This document shows, piece by piece, positions 29,813 to 43,715 of a stretch of DNA of 64,000 bases. The translations under genes and the position numbers were made by a program. Source of the stretch: Eledone cirrhosa (taxonomy: Eukaryota); contig OZ024743.1 in the NCBI GenBank assembly GCA_964016885.1, positions 302,870,001 through 302,934,000 of the forward strand, written 5' to 3'. Each line of letters opens with the position of its first letter. The stretch's first letter is position 1. The notes under the pieces are model-generated. The model was given only the letters and a program-made list of their open reading frames with translations, searched no databases and was not told the origin of the DNA.

Positions 29813-32361
29813 AATGGGTTTTAATAAATATTCTTATACATATTTAATAGGTATTTAAACATGCTTTAAAGTTAAAAATATATTTGAATATTATAACAAA
29901 ATATTTATTAAATATATCACTTAATTAAACTATTGTTCTGATTCCTATAGAAAATCGTTTTATATTGTTTAATGTTGACGTAATATGTTAGTATAATTAG
30001 CTTAAACATAACCAAATACAAAAGATATTAAATATTTCATGGAATTTAATTGGTCGCGTCTATTTGACTTAATATTTGAAAGCAACGGTCACACATCATT
30101 ACTCTTTCTTTCTTTGTTGACGTTATTTCTTTCTTCTTCTCTATTCTATCTCTCTCTCATCCTTTTTCTTCCGTAATAGGTCTATTTACGCATTTAAATA
30201 TTTATGTATGTATTTATTTATTTTCTTCTTGTATTTCTCACACACACCCCTTTCTTATACCCATATCTCGCTCCATATCCTCTTCTTCATTAAATTTAAG
30301 TTTATCATGTTATTATTTGTGGTATATAAATGTTGAGATGTGTTGTAATAAGTCACTGCCAATACTGGAATTGAACCATCAAGACCGTTGATGTATATCA
30401 TACATCAATTCATGTATTTTATCTGACGAGGACGTACTGAAAAAAGAGCACAGTACCTTCTAAATATATATAATAAAACATATATTTCGATTATGTGAAT
30501 GTCTTCATTTGTTAATATTCTGTATAATATTAATAACTGCAGAAAACTTTGCTGAATAGTGCTTTTAATCTATTGTAAAACTATATTCATTGAGTAATCA
30601 ATGAACCATATCAATCTTTGGTCATATTTAGCTCCCAGAAGGTAGAGCACTTCTTCTTCAATAGATTATTAATAAATAATGGAATACGTTAGGGTTTCTA
30701 CATCTCTCAAATATATACCTTTACAATCTAACGAAGAATACATGAGAAAACTTATTGTATAAACCAACACCTTCACAAGAAGAGTGCGGTGGCGTGCTTT
30801 TCATTTTGAAAAGAAAAGTGAAACAAATAGGAAAAAGACCAACCATAATTTCGAGAATATTTTTAAATAAACCATATAGAGGCCAAACATACCTTAGAGG
30901 TCTAAGGGAAACAATTAATGACATAAAAAAGTAAATAAAATATTAGTGAAATCAGACAAAACCAACAACCTATATGGGATGAAAAAAACAAAATATAATG
31001 ACTTAATTTTAAAAGAATTGTGAAAAAATTCCAGAAAATCCCCGAGTGAGGATTTATTGGATATCAATAATGATGCATTTGAAATTATTCCCAATCTCGG
31101 AATACAGCGGAAGACCGAACTTTTAATACGAAGGCAACCGCGGATAAATTTTAAAGACCATAAAAGAAATGTTGAAGAGGACTGACCTGTTAGACTTATT
31201 GCCCCTTCGACATCCGACCTTGGAATAATTAGTAAAAATATAATAGATAGCATTTTGCCAATGTTAAAATTGAAGTCAAGGCTTAACGTATGGAAGGGCC
31301 CGAGTGAAGTCATAGATTGATTCAATAATATCGAAAATAAGAAAAATCATAAATTCATTCAAATGGACATAGCGAGTTATTATTCCCCAATAACTCCTAA
31401 TATTTTAAATAAGACGCTTTCATATGCATATATTAATATGACGAGATTAATATTATTTTAACGGCAAGGCGAAAATTGATCGATTTTAATAAGGATGTTT
31501 GGACTAGATCTGATAGGCAGAATGACTTTGACATTACTATGGGCTCATCAGATTCGGCGCAAGTTACCGATCTTGTGGGAATTTTCATCCTTAATATGAT
31601 AAATAGAAAACTGACGGAGGTTGCCGGTGGTTTATATAGAGACGACATATTATTTACTGTAGTTAGGCATAATAATAGCGAATGAAATAGAATAAAAAAA
31701 GTAATTATATAATTCTTTAAAAATATGACCTGAAAGTAGAAGTAGAAAATAACTATAAAATAGTTAATTTTTTAGATGTAACTCTTAATCTAAAGTCAGG
31801 CCTGTATTACCCCTTCCATAAACTCAATGAAAACTTAAATTATGTTAGCTTTTACTCTAATCATCCTAAAACATTTTAAAATGCAATAGTCAATAGTGTC
31901 CAACAAAGAATATCCAGACTATCTGCTAATAGATCCATATTTAATAGTAAGGCTGTATATTATAATGAAGCGTTACATAAAGCAGAATATAAAAAAATAA
32001 TATTGAATATGTAGAAAACATGAATATTTATTATAAACACAGTATACATAATAATAAAAATACAACTGACTGTAAAAACAACAACTTGAGGAATAAATCA
32101 GGGAAAAAAATAAGGACAAATCTATAATTTGGTATGCTCCGCCAGCATCTTTAGCTATTGAAACATATTTAGCACATTTATTTTTTAAAGCCTTGGATAA
32201 ATGTTTCCCTAGATCACATAAGTATTACTTCTTCAATAGACACACAGTTAAATTCTATTATTCAACAACTATGAATATTCCACAAAATAGTGCACAAATT
32301 AATGGTAAAATTCTTAATTTGAACCAGCATATAAGTAGCGATAATAACAATAATAATAATA

Positions 32362-32549
32362 ATTGTTTCTACTCTAGGCACAAGGCCAGCAACCACCCAG
32401 TGCATTACTGGTACTTTATTTTATCGACCCCGTAAGGATGAAAGGCAAAGTCAACCTCGGCGGGATTTGAACTCAGATCATAAAGGGACGTAACTATGCT
32501 GGAAAGCATGGCGTCCGACCCTCTACCGATACTGCCAATCCACCGCCCA
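32362..32549 (-). mobile_element. tRNA-derived SINE nested in the PLE-E (AAT)n linker
   Basis: Reverse complement of 38991-39185. Confidence 0.85.
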
Positions 32550-33159
32550 CAATGATAATAATAATAATAATAATAATAATGATAATAATACATTAGTTAA
32601 TGTGAATAACAATAACAATGTTTTAAATATGAATAATAGTAAAACACCTAGAAATAATAATGATAATGCGAATAGTTTAGGTTATAGAAATAACATTGAA
32701 TTGAATTGTAACTGTAGAAGGAAACCTGGATGCCCTTTAAAAAATAATTGCCTTGACAAGAGTCTAGTGTATAAATGTACCATTAAGACTAATAATAATA
32801 CTTATAACTAAATTGGTGCCACTTCATCGAACTTTAACTTTCGCTTTTTCTTTTCCAATCATAAACATTCGTTTTCTAATCCAGATAAACAATATTCTAC
32901 ATCACTATCAGCATTAATATTGTCTTTGAAAGAGAAAAATATTAAATACTCAATTTCTTGGAGTAAATTAAAAGATTCTGAATCCTACCGAAACGCATCC
33001 ATTTCACCATATTGCAATCTTTTCAAGTTAGAGACTCTATTAATAATTACAAATTATGGTAATTTAATTAATACGAAGAAAACATTATTTGGAAGCTGTC
33101 TACATAAGACCGGAAGAACCTTTCAAGCATTATACAAATTTCTAAAAAAGTATTGACTA

Positions 33160-34072
33160 CTAGCAGTGGTACCCGGCGTTGCACGGGATAAGGTATTTTG
33201 AAACACGGGCCGCCAAGAGAACTAATCATGGAAAAACTGCATATATGTAAAACAAAATAAACCGAATACTCTGATGGCTGGATAATCTTTAAGATTTTCC
33301 TCGATGAAGCAGGAAACATGCAGGTTTTCACATAATGCGGGCTTAGATGATCAAGAAAATGAATTTTTGTTATGTGCATAATACGGCTTGAAATTTCGGG
33401 ACAATCGGCTAGACATAACGTCTCATAAAGCCCTAAATAGCTGAAAAAAAGATGCCCATTACATAATGCTGGCCCTAGGCCATAAAAATTTGGATTTTCT
33501 TTGTTGACGGTATGAAGAAGAGACTGACTAATACATAGTTACAATTTCAACGAAATCCGTCTGACTTAACGCCTTGAGAAAACCCTAAAAACCTGAAAAA
33601 ACGCAGTTTGTCACCCAATTCAGGTCCTAGGGGATCAAACATTTGAATTGTATGTGCATAACACTCCCTGAAACATAAGTAATACGCATGTAAATTTTGA
33701 AAACAAATAGGTTGGGTTCTTCTCGAGTTTTAGGTATTCAAACTCACAGACACACACACACACACAGACAGACATCCTCAGGGAAGTGACGTAATGCAGA
33801 CAGCCAGACATACAGAAATATATTATAAGGGCGCGACGTTATATGTATGTATCTATCTAAAAAGAGAAAGACTAAAAATGAGAGAGAGAGATCGCTAAAT
33901 CCCTTAATGCGGTCCCTAGGGTATTGAACATTTGATATTGTTTGGCTCAGAACACTCCCTGAAACATAATTATTACATGTGTAAAGGTTGAAAACAGTCG
34001 GTTGGGTGTTTCTCGAGTTTTAGGGATTCAAACTCACACGCACACAGACATCCTCTGTTTTATATATATAGA
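33160..34072 (-). mobile_element. Complete non-autonomous Helitron (913 bp)
   Basis: On - strand A|TC...cccgtgcaacgccggg-taccactg-CTAG|T with no TSD; the empty site gacta^ttaat is visible in the inverted copy at ~29210-29222. Confidence 0.92.
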
Positions 34073-34429
34073 TTAATAATTCTCGAAATATTATTATATA
34101 TATGTACATATCGTTTTGCCTTACCTTAAAAATTGTATATCGTTTTTATATAATAAATTAATCTCATGATGAGTCTCGGTATCCTAAGTTTCGATTTAGA
34201 AAGGTCATCGTTTAACTATAAATTTCTGAATTTGTGGTTTGAAATTTCATGAGTTTCAAAATACTTAAATATCTTAAATATTCACATATGATGAACGAGT
34301 TATCTTCCTTTGTTTACGTTCTTCGTAAATAATTTTGTTCTGTCCGAATTGCTTGCTAAATGTATATTTAACATGATTTATACAGTTTAATAATATATAT
34401 GAACAATCCTTAAAGGGAAACTATATATA

Positions 34430-34750
34430 ATTGTTTCTACTTTGGGCACAAGGCCAGCAATTACCCAGTGCATTACTGGTACTTTATTTTATCGACTCCG
34501 TAATGATGAAAGGCAAGGTTAACCTCGGTGGGATTTGAACTCAGAATGGCAAATGCCGTAACTCTATGCGTGAAAGCATGGCGTCCGACCCTCTACCGAT
34601 ACTGCCAATCCACCGCCGTAATTATATATATAATTGTTTCAACTTGTGGCACAAGGCCAGCAATTACCCAGTACATTACTGGTGCTTTATGTTATCGACC
34701 CCGTAAGGATGAAAGGCAAAGTTAAGCTCAGCGGGATTTGAACTCAGATC
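34430..34750 (-). mobile_element. Two adjacent tRNA-derived SINE copies in the PLE-E 3' UTR
   Basis: 34430-34618 and 34632-34750; absent from the inverted copy at ~28880-28920. Confidence 0.85.
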
Positions 34751-37519
34751 GTAAATAATAAGATGTAATTACGGAAGAAAAATCGAAATAATAATACTTC
34801 TAAGAGTAAATATAAGAACTAATTAATCCTGTAATGAAATGACAACCAATGAATTGAAATTATTTTATAATGAAAATAGAATAATTCTTAACATAATTCT
34901 TAACATAATATAATATATATATATACTGATGGTGGCATATGCATGGGATTTAATAAATATCCTTATACATATTTAAAAGGAATTTAAACATGCTTTAAAG
35001 ATAAAAATATTTTTGAATATTGTAACAAAATATTTAGTAAATATATCATTTAATTAAACTATCGTTCTGATTCCTATAGAAACTATTTTTATATAGTTTA
35101 ATTTTGACATGATATATTAGCATAATTAGCTTAAACATATCGAAATTAAAGAAATATTTAAAATGTCATCGTATTTAATTGGTCGCCTCTATTTGTCTTA
35201 ATATTTGAAAGCAACGCTCACACCTCATTTCTCTTTCTTTCTTTTTTACCGTTATTTCTTTCTTCTTCTCTCTTCTATCTCTCTCTCTTCCTTTTTCTTC
35301 CCTAATACGTCTATTTACGCATTTAAATATTATGTATGTATTTATTTATTTTCTTCTTGCATTTCCTCATACTCACCCCTTCTTATACTCATCTTCTAGC
35401 TCCACACCCTCTTCATCATTCAATTTAAGTTTATCATGTTATTATTTGTGGTATATAAATGTTGAGATTTGTTGTAATAAATCAGTGCCAATCCTGGAAT
35501 TGAACCATGAAGTCCATTGAGGTATGTCATACATCAATTGATGTATTTTATCTGACGAGGACGTACTGAAAAAACAGCACAGTACCTTCTAAATATATAT
35601 AACAAAACATATATTTTGATTATGTGAATGTCTTCATTTATTAATATTCTGAATAATATTAATAACTCCAGAAAACTTCGCTGTAGAGTGCTTTTAATGT
35701 ATTAATCTATTTTAAACTATATTCATTGAGTAATCAATGAACCATATTAATCTTTGGTTATATATATATATATATATATATATATTCATACGATCTTGCG
35801 CACATGCACATATACGTATCCTCATGCATACCTGCGTACATACATACACACATACATGTTCCTAAATACCTATGCCATAAAAATATGGAGAAGCCAAATT
35901 TATTGCACGTTTTCCGCATGCCTCTATAGAGGCATTAGGAAAAACATGCCAGTACGCAATGTTTTATGAAAGGCATTAGTTAATTCAAATAGACTGATCT
36001 GAGAGAAAAACAAACTATTTCATCCTGAGAGCGTTGAGGTATTAGATAATAGGGAAATGAAGGGATAAATAGTGGAATGATATAAGTGAGACTGAAGAAA
36101 AAATATAAACATTTGAAGAGGAAGCCATGGAAGTTAAAGTTATAAACATCCGTAAGTTAATGATTTTCCAATCAGCATCAGTTTTTGGTTTTTTTTTCAT
36201 GTTTGGTTGTTGAAAGACCTCATAAATATTATTCTTTGCTTCGAGACATTATCGCATCCTGGTCCATCTTCTGCAATGCGGATATTTTGAACGTTTCTGT
36301 TTCAATAAAATTCAATAATTAACCTTATATTGATACTTATTAGTAACTTGATCAATTTTGTATCAGTATATACTCACACGACATCGAAAAGAGTTGTGAA
36401 GATGTGTGAAATATCAGGGGAGACAACGTTTGAGAGCACAGGAGATAAAGTAACGGAGAGACAGTCTGGGAAGATTGTCACAGCGTATATAACATGTTAT
36501 TATTTGGAACACAATACTGCGTAAGTATTGATAGGAATGCTATATATTGCCAAAATAGCGGATCAATTACGAAAAAGGACGAGCATAACATCTGACGTCG
36601 TTGCCGGACCGTTAATATCGTCCATAATGAAGTGTTTAATCATACATCATCTATTCCAGTTTGCGGTTGACGAGCTAACTTGATGTAGTTTGTTTGTTCT
36701 TAGTCGTAATTGTTTGCGTCTCTGTTATTTCGTGCATAATGGCAATATTTTTTTACGTTATTAAACACATCATATTGTTCATATTACTTGCATATTATTT
36801 TCCCACCGGCAATCTTCCCTAGCTACTTTTTATATCCTTCTTTATATTTATTTCTCAGACTTTCATCTTCTTTCTCAATATATATTTCAGTTCATTTTCC
36901 TTTATCCATTAACTTATAATTGTTCATTAAACTCGGTGCGATTCATTTACTCTGTCGACCCATCATCGTATCTGGGATGCACAAAGTATCACTTCCATCC
37001 TACGTATTATATACATATATTAGGATGACATTTTCAATGTTTCTTCTCAATATTACTGTTATGTATTCGCTGTACCGATTCCTGTCCCGGTCGAAAAGGC
37101 ATTTCCGATTTTTTTCATTCTAATGCATAATTTAATGTGTGGACTTATTTTATGTTGTACTGTGTCTAGAAACATTCCGTTTGTTCACATGCGTAGCATT
37201 CTCTCCCATACTATACTTTGCGCCCGTATTTTCTCACAATTATATTTCATAGGAGATGGATAGTTTTCATCTATCATCCTACTTCTTCATGTAACTAATA
37301 GATGGTTGGTACAGTTTGTAGTCAAACAGAAATTAAACAGACTCCAATCCATCTTGACACCATATATAGGAGGTTACATACGTAGTAAGTAGAGTACTTA
37401 GTTATTACCATAAGAGTTAGGAAACGATCTTCGATGGAACGTTTTTCGCTTCGTGAGTTTTGAAATCATGTGACAATCCCCACGATGAAACTTGTACCTT
37501 CAAAGAAGATTTGGTAACG

Positions 37520-37612
<93 letters not shown>

Positions 37613-37632
37613 ACACACATACACACACACAT

Positions 37633-37680
<48 letters not shown>

Positions 37681-37805
37681 CTGTGGTAAGGAACCAGATG
37701 GACCATAACGCACCTGAGTACGCAATACTTAGAGTAGTAGAGTGGGTAATAGGAAAATGTTTAAACCCAACGGCAGAGCTCACGCCATTTTGGCGGCTAT
37801 TTCTC

Positions 37806-38975
37806 AAATAACAAAAATCTCATTCTCCACAACACCTAACCTAGCTAGCCACATCGCATTCAGTAACCATCATAACCTAAGACATTATAACTCGCACACC
37901 GCGGTACCACGAACCCTATCAAATACACCACGCCACTACACCAATAATTACTCTAGTAGCACACCTCCCCCATCTAAACCTTCTAACACTGACCAACCGC
38001 TTAGGTTAAACTATCCTACTCTCACTAACCGCAGGAGCAACTGCAACTGCCGTTACCCTAATGCATGCCCACTAAATGGACACTGCCTGAAACCCAACAT
38101 AGTCTATAGGTGCACGGTTAAAACTGCTTCGAATACCAGGTCCTATATCAGGTCTACCTCTAACCCCTTTAAGGAACGCTATAACGCGCACTCTTTTTCC
38201 TTCCGAGACCCTAACATCAGATGTTCGACATCTCTAGCTAGGCTCATTAAAAGTCTTAAATTAACCAACATTGAACACTCACTAACATGGGATATTGTAG
38301 CTAGGGTCCAACCGTTCAATGGACGAAGAAAATCTTGTGATCTCTGTATTACTGAAGCATATTACATAACGCTATCACGACCTCCACCGATTAACGATAG
38401 AACGGAGGTAACTATTAGCTGTCAACATCGAATGGCTAATTCATTCGCCAGCAGAATATTTGTCCCAATAGAGTCATCTAGCCCCTTTTTTACTTGTAGC
38501 TAATAAGTTAAATCGCTATAACTAACTTAGATAATGATAAGTTACCTCCCCTACATTGCCTCTCAATTAAAAAAAAAAAAAAATTAGCACTTAACTATAA
38601 ACTACCCACAATTTCTAATCTCTCGAGGAGTTACTTCCCCTGAAACCACCCTCTAAATAGTAAGGAAAATATGTCCATTGGCGGCCATCTTGTTACCCAG
38701 ATCTCACACAATGCAGCCTCGACAGATGAATACTGCTTGATTATGGCTGACAATTGATACACCCAGGAACACATAGTGAAATACCAATATGTGGAACATT
38801 ACATTTATGTAACATTCTCTCCTATTTTTAATTTATATTCCTTTGGTGTTCCGATGAGCCGCTCTGTTTTTAAATATTTTAATTATTTTAAATTGAACCA
38901 GATCAATAATGATATATAGTCATTTGATCCAGAACTATTATATGGAGTGTCGAAACAATTGTAAACGGACATTAT
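37806..38975 (+). mobile_element. 5'-truncated PLE-F (GIY-YIG + pLTR)
   Basis: ORF 37742-38503: KISFSTTPNL, CNCRYPNACPLNGHCL, NIVYRC, FKERYNAH, CDLCITE; HHR-like CCGATGA gccgctc-(~80 nt)-gagtgtc GAAA caattg TA at 38846-38968. Confidence 0.88.
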
Positions 38976-38990
38976 TATTATTAATATTAA

Positions 38991-39185
38991 GGGCGGTGGA
39001 TTGGCAGTATCGGTAGAGGGTCGGACGCCATGCTTTGACGCATAGAGTTACGGCCCTTGCTATTCTGAGTTCAAATCCCGCCGAGGATAACTTTGCCTTT
39101 CATCCTTACGAGGTCGATAAAATAAAGTGCCAGTAATACACTGGGTAATTGCTGGCCTTGTGCCTAACGTAGAAACAATTATTAT
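38991..39185 (+). mobile_element. Full-length tRNA-derived SINE
   Basis: A box TGGCAGTATCGG, B box GAGTTCAAATCC, gcctttcatcct..gtcgataaa body, (ATT)n tail. Confidence 0.85.
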
Positions 39186-39466
39186 TAATATTATTATTAT
39201 TATTATTCTCTACATTCGTTACATCAAACTAAAATATGTTGACAATCTTTTAATAATGTCTTCTGTGAAATGTGTGGTCTTGTTTTGCTTAACTAATGAA
39301 TATTTCCAGCTTTGTGCGCCTAACTTCTGCATGAACCCAAACACCTAGCTGCTTTCTACTGTATATTGCACATTGAGCACATGCCTTTACGCTTCGGCTT
39401 CTAACTAATTCATCAATCTCTCCTCTCCTATCTCCATCTCTCTCTTTAAGATTGGTTACTCTTGGA

Positions 39467-39503
<37 letters not shown>

Positions 39504-40009
39504 AGGGAAATAATTACTTCACTTGTAGTTCCAAAGAATCTAATTTAATTTTATAATATTATGATTGTACAATTTTGTTTTGTAGATCTAGTAAGTTCTT
39601 CGTTAACTTCGAACTTCGTTGGGGTGATTTTTAAAGATTCCTGGTTAACTTTCCTAGGGAACTTTCTCGCATTCGTCGTTGACGATTGTCAAACGGAGAT
39701 CAGGTTGTGTTGTGATGTGTCACTCTATATATAATTAAGATTTCGCTGTATCGGGGGGGGGGGTAATAAGTGTGGGAGTGGTGGGCTGTTGATGAAGATT
39801 TAGAGGACTTAACGCATATATATATGGTAACAGCAAAATAATTGATTGGGAATGGAGTTGAGAGGTGTTAGGGTGTTTAAGGAGTGTTTAAGAAATCGGT
39901 TGTGCCCTCCTGCTTGTGCCATATCAATAAATACCCCTTCATGAATATAATGGCAGGATACTTTCCAAATTCTTTTCTCATCTGGATCAACTAAGTTAAA
40001 TTTATAAAG

Positions 40010-40275
40010 AATACCTTCAACAATTTTCTAAATTGAAGATGAATTTGGCTGTGCGTCTGATGGGAGTGGTGTGGGGTTAATGATACAAATGGGATGACAA
40101 CAAAGAGAAAAATATGGATAGATTTGGAATATTGTCAGAAAGGTATGTTGTCAACAATTTTCTGAATTTAAGATGAATTTGGGTGTGTGTCAGATGGCAG
40201 TGGTGTGGGGTTATTGATATAAATGGGATGAGAGCAAAGAGAGAAATAAGGATAGATTTGGAATATTTTTCAGAA
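40010..40275. repeat. Two-copy tandem duplication, ~134-bp unit
   Basis: tcaacaattttct...gatagatttggaatatt occurs twice. Confidence 0.8.
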
Positions 40276-40300
40276 ATGTATATTGTTGATATATAATAAA

Positions 40301-40985
40301 TGTAATCTGAGTTTTTCGAATATCAATGATAATATCCGGTTAGATTTGCAATTATGCAAACAGCCTCTCTAAACCAAGTCAGTAGAATGATCCCATTATC
40401 CTTTCTCTCGAGTTGACATATAAACAGAACGGCAGGCACTAATATCTTCTATGTGTTTACCCTTCATCAGTACCGTATACTACTTATCTGTCAACTGTCA
40501 GAGCTAATGCAAATATATATTTTCTGAAATATACAGAGACTGATCAGCCTTATTTGCATATTAGCTGATTGGCCAGTCAGTTTCATGTATACGAGCGAGC
40601 TGGGTTTGCAATATACAAATAACTAACAAATAGTTTTATCGCGTTACATGGTTGACTATAATATATGTAATCTCAGTTTTTACGACATTAATAATAATTA
40701 GGCTGATCAGTAGATCTGCTAATATGAAGATCTGACTGATCATGCAGTCTGCTAATATGCAAATCTGGCTGATCAGTCACTGTATATTTCAAAACAAATA
40801 TATTTTCTCTAGTCTGACAGTTGGCAGGTAAACAGTATACGTTCCTGATGAAGGATAATCTCCAGAAACATTAGTGTTTTTCGTTCTATTTATATGCCAA
40901 CATTTGAGTAAGAATGTCAAGTTAATTCTACTGACATGGCTTAAAGTGGGTGTTTGCATAATTGCAAACATATCCAATATTATTA
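40301..40985. mobile_element. Family R5: ~365-bp HHR unit in partial tandem plus inverted copy
   Basis: tgtaatct at 40301 and 40666; 40700-40985 inverted; HHR gttc CTGATGA agga taatc tcca GAAA cattagtg TT at 40841-40885 (+) and an antisense core at ~40435-40472. Confidence 0.75.
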
Positions 40986-40999
40986 TTAATAAAGAGGGA

Positions 41000-41140
41000 T
41001 TTTAACTCAGAACGTCCATTTACTGTTTGAGTTCAAATCCCGCGCGGTTAACTTTGCCTTTCATCCTTACGGGGTCGATAAAATAAAGTACCAGTATTGT
41101 ACTGGGTCTGTGCTGGCCTTGTGCCAAAAGTAGAAATAAT
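41000..41140 (+). mobile_element. 5'-altered SINE with 16-bp target-site duplication
   Basis: tattaataaagaggga at 40984-40999 and 41141-41156. Confidence 0.75.
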
Positions 41141-41145
41141 TATTA

Positions 41146-41712
41146 ATAAAGAGGGAGACACAAAGCAGACTATGTTTATAAATGATTAGCGAAGTTGGAA
41201 ATTAGGTAGAAACATGTGCGTACGCGGTATTTGACTAAATATAATTAGTCTATGTCTTGGGATTAAAAAAAAACCTCCTGAATGAAAAAATGTATGAATA
41301 TTGACGTACATGTGACACAAACACACATCTTTGGTTTGCTAACCTATGTGTTACCATTAGACCAACACACTACCCATGCTTCTTTCCATTATATTAGAAG
41401 CTATGTAACCACAGAAGCTATATATATATGTATATAAATAGGGAGACACAAACCAGGCTTTCTTTAGAAACGGCTAGCGAATTTGAACTTTAGGCAGTAA
41501 CATGCGCTTAATCCGTATTTGACAAAAATAGAATTAATCTGTTACTTGGGATTTAAAGAACCCTCTGAATTGAAAAATTAATGTTTTTTCTTAAATCCCA
41601 ACTAACAGACCAATTCTATTTCGTCAAATATGGTATAAGCACATGTTACTACATAATTTCCAAATTCGCTAGCCGTTTATAAACATAGCCTGTTATGTGT
41701 CTCCCTCTTTAT
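41146..41712. repeat. ~290-bp unit in partial tandem plus inverted copy, no clear HHR
   Basis: gggagacacaaa at ~41153 and ~41441; 41590-41712 is the revcomp of 41146-41270. Confidence 0.7.
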
Positions 41713-41717
41713 TAAAA

Positions 41718-41900
41718 AATTGTTTCTACTTTTGGCAGCACAAGGCCAGCTATTACCCAAGTGTATTATTGGTACTTTATTTTATCGACCCCGTAAGGAG
41801 GAAAGGCAAAGTTAACCTCGGTGGGATTTGAACTCAGAATGGCAAGGGCCGTAACTCAATGCGTTAAAGATGACGTCCGACCCTCTACCAATACTGCCAC
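41718..41900 (-). mobile_element. tRNA-derived SINE
   Basis: Reverse complement of 38991-39185. Confidence 0.85.
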
Positions 41901-43160
41901 TTCACGATGTGACAACCATTCACGATGTGGCCCAATGACGAATTAATTAATTAAATAATCAACAATCAGAGCAATATACAAGAAAGTACGTCCATAGAAT
42001 CATTTGATAAAATATATACAGTATTTCCTCTCCCAATCAGCATAATCAACCACACAAAAAATCAATTAAACAAGGCTATAAGATTAAAAGGCACCTATGA
42101 AGAAACAATAGATAAATAAACGATGGCAATTTTATCTGCGATCAACAGCCACATAATATTTATCCAGTATTTATAATAGCCCGTAGAAATCGATTAGATA
42201 TATGGCCAATCCATACACAATTAGGTACAAAATCAAAGATAGAAGAAAAAATGTAAATAAGCATTGATTATGCTGATTGGGAGAGGAAATACTGTATATA
42301 TTTTATCAAATGATTCTAAGGGCGTACTTTCTTGTATATTGCTCTGATTGTTGATTATTTAATTAATTAATTCGTCATTAAGCCACATCGTAAATAGTTA
42401 CCAAAACCACATATATATACCTATTGCTCTATCTAGTTTATGTATATGTAAATCTATATATTTGATAATCTCCCATATGGTTGAGAAATAATTTAGGCAG
42501 TATTCGGCTGCGCTTTCTAGCAACCAGCCCACTTGCCGTAAGGCACCAATCACAACCTTTCTGACTTCACCACTAGCCACGTCACAGTTCTTAGCCATTT
42601 TGAATTCGTTTCTGGCGGGGATCATTTAAGAAAAATCTTTGTCCAATCGAGTTTGTTTCCTGATGATTTCGAAACTCGTGAATTTATCCTTGATCGGATA
42701 TTTCCAAAAAGCGAATGAAACCTCTTCGGGTAGAGGCATAATTTCGGTATGCTTATATACATTTTTTCTTCTAACTTTGATTTTGTACCTAATTGTGTAT
42801 GGATTGGCTATATATCTAATCGATTTCCACGGGCTATTAGAAATACTGGGAAAATATTCTGTGGTTGTTGATCGCGAATAAAATAGCCATCGTTTATTTA
42901 TCTATTGTTTCTTCATAGGTGCCTTTTAATCTTATAGCCTTGTTTAATTGATATTTTGTGTGGTTGATTATGCTGATTGGGAGAGGAAATACTGTATATA
43001 TTTTATCAAATGATTCTATGGACGTACTTTATAGTATATTGCTCTGATTGTTGATTATTTAATTAATTAATTCGTCATTGAGCCACATCGTGAATGGTTG
43101 CCAAAACCACATATATATACCTATGGCTCTGTCTGGTTTATGTATATGTAAATCTATATA
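41900..43160. mobile_element. Family R3: 700-bp unit in 1.3 tandem copies (+, 42264-43160) preceded by an inverted partial copy (41900-42262)
   Basis: ttgattatgctgattgggagagg at 42264 and 42964; no credible ORF. Confidence 0.88.
42655..42737 (+). ncRNA. Type I hammerhead ribozyme (R3)
   Basis: gtttc CTGATGA tttcg-(~38 nt)-cgaat GAAA cc tcttcg gg TA gaggc. Confidence 0.78.
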
Positions 43161-43179
43161 TTTTATATACATATATATT

Positions 43180-43216
<37 letters not shown>

Positions 43217-43254
43217 ATGTCTGTGTGTGTGTGTGTGTGTGTGTAAGCCTGTGT

Positions 43255-43338
<84 letters not shown>

Positions 43339-43628
43339 GTGTCTGTGTGTCTGTGTGTGTAAAAAGTAAAATGATATAGCAAATCATGAAAGGGTTAAGT
43401 CTCTTAAATATATTAGTTTAACGCTTCAAATATCAGGAAAAGTGTCTTAATATTTCGGACACTTGTACTTCATTAGAAGATAGAGTTAGGAAGAAAAAAT
43501 AAAATAAAAATAAAATAGAGAAGAAACTGTGCTTATTCGGTCAGCAATTTTGATACAGATATACATAGAAAAATATAAATAGTTATATACGTATACATTC
43601 ATTGAATGCCCTGTACTGACACACAAAG

Positions 43629-43710
<82 letters not shown>

Positions 43711-43715
43711 ATAAA

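Noticed and set aside
36180-37360. Possible ancient LINE or transposase remnant (also 63050-63800)
   Set aside because: No motif could be read with confidence
38991-39085. tRNA gene
   Set aside because: A/B boxes belong to a multi-copy SINE head; no full cloverleaf
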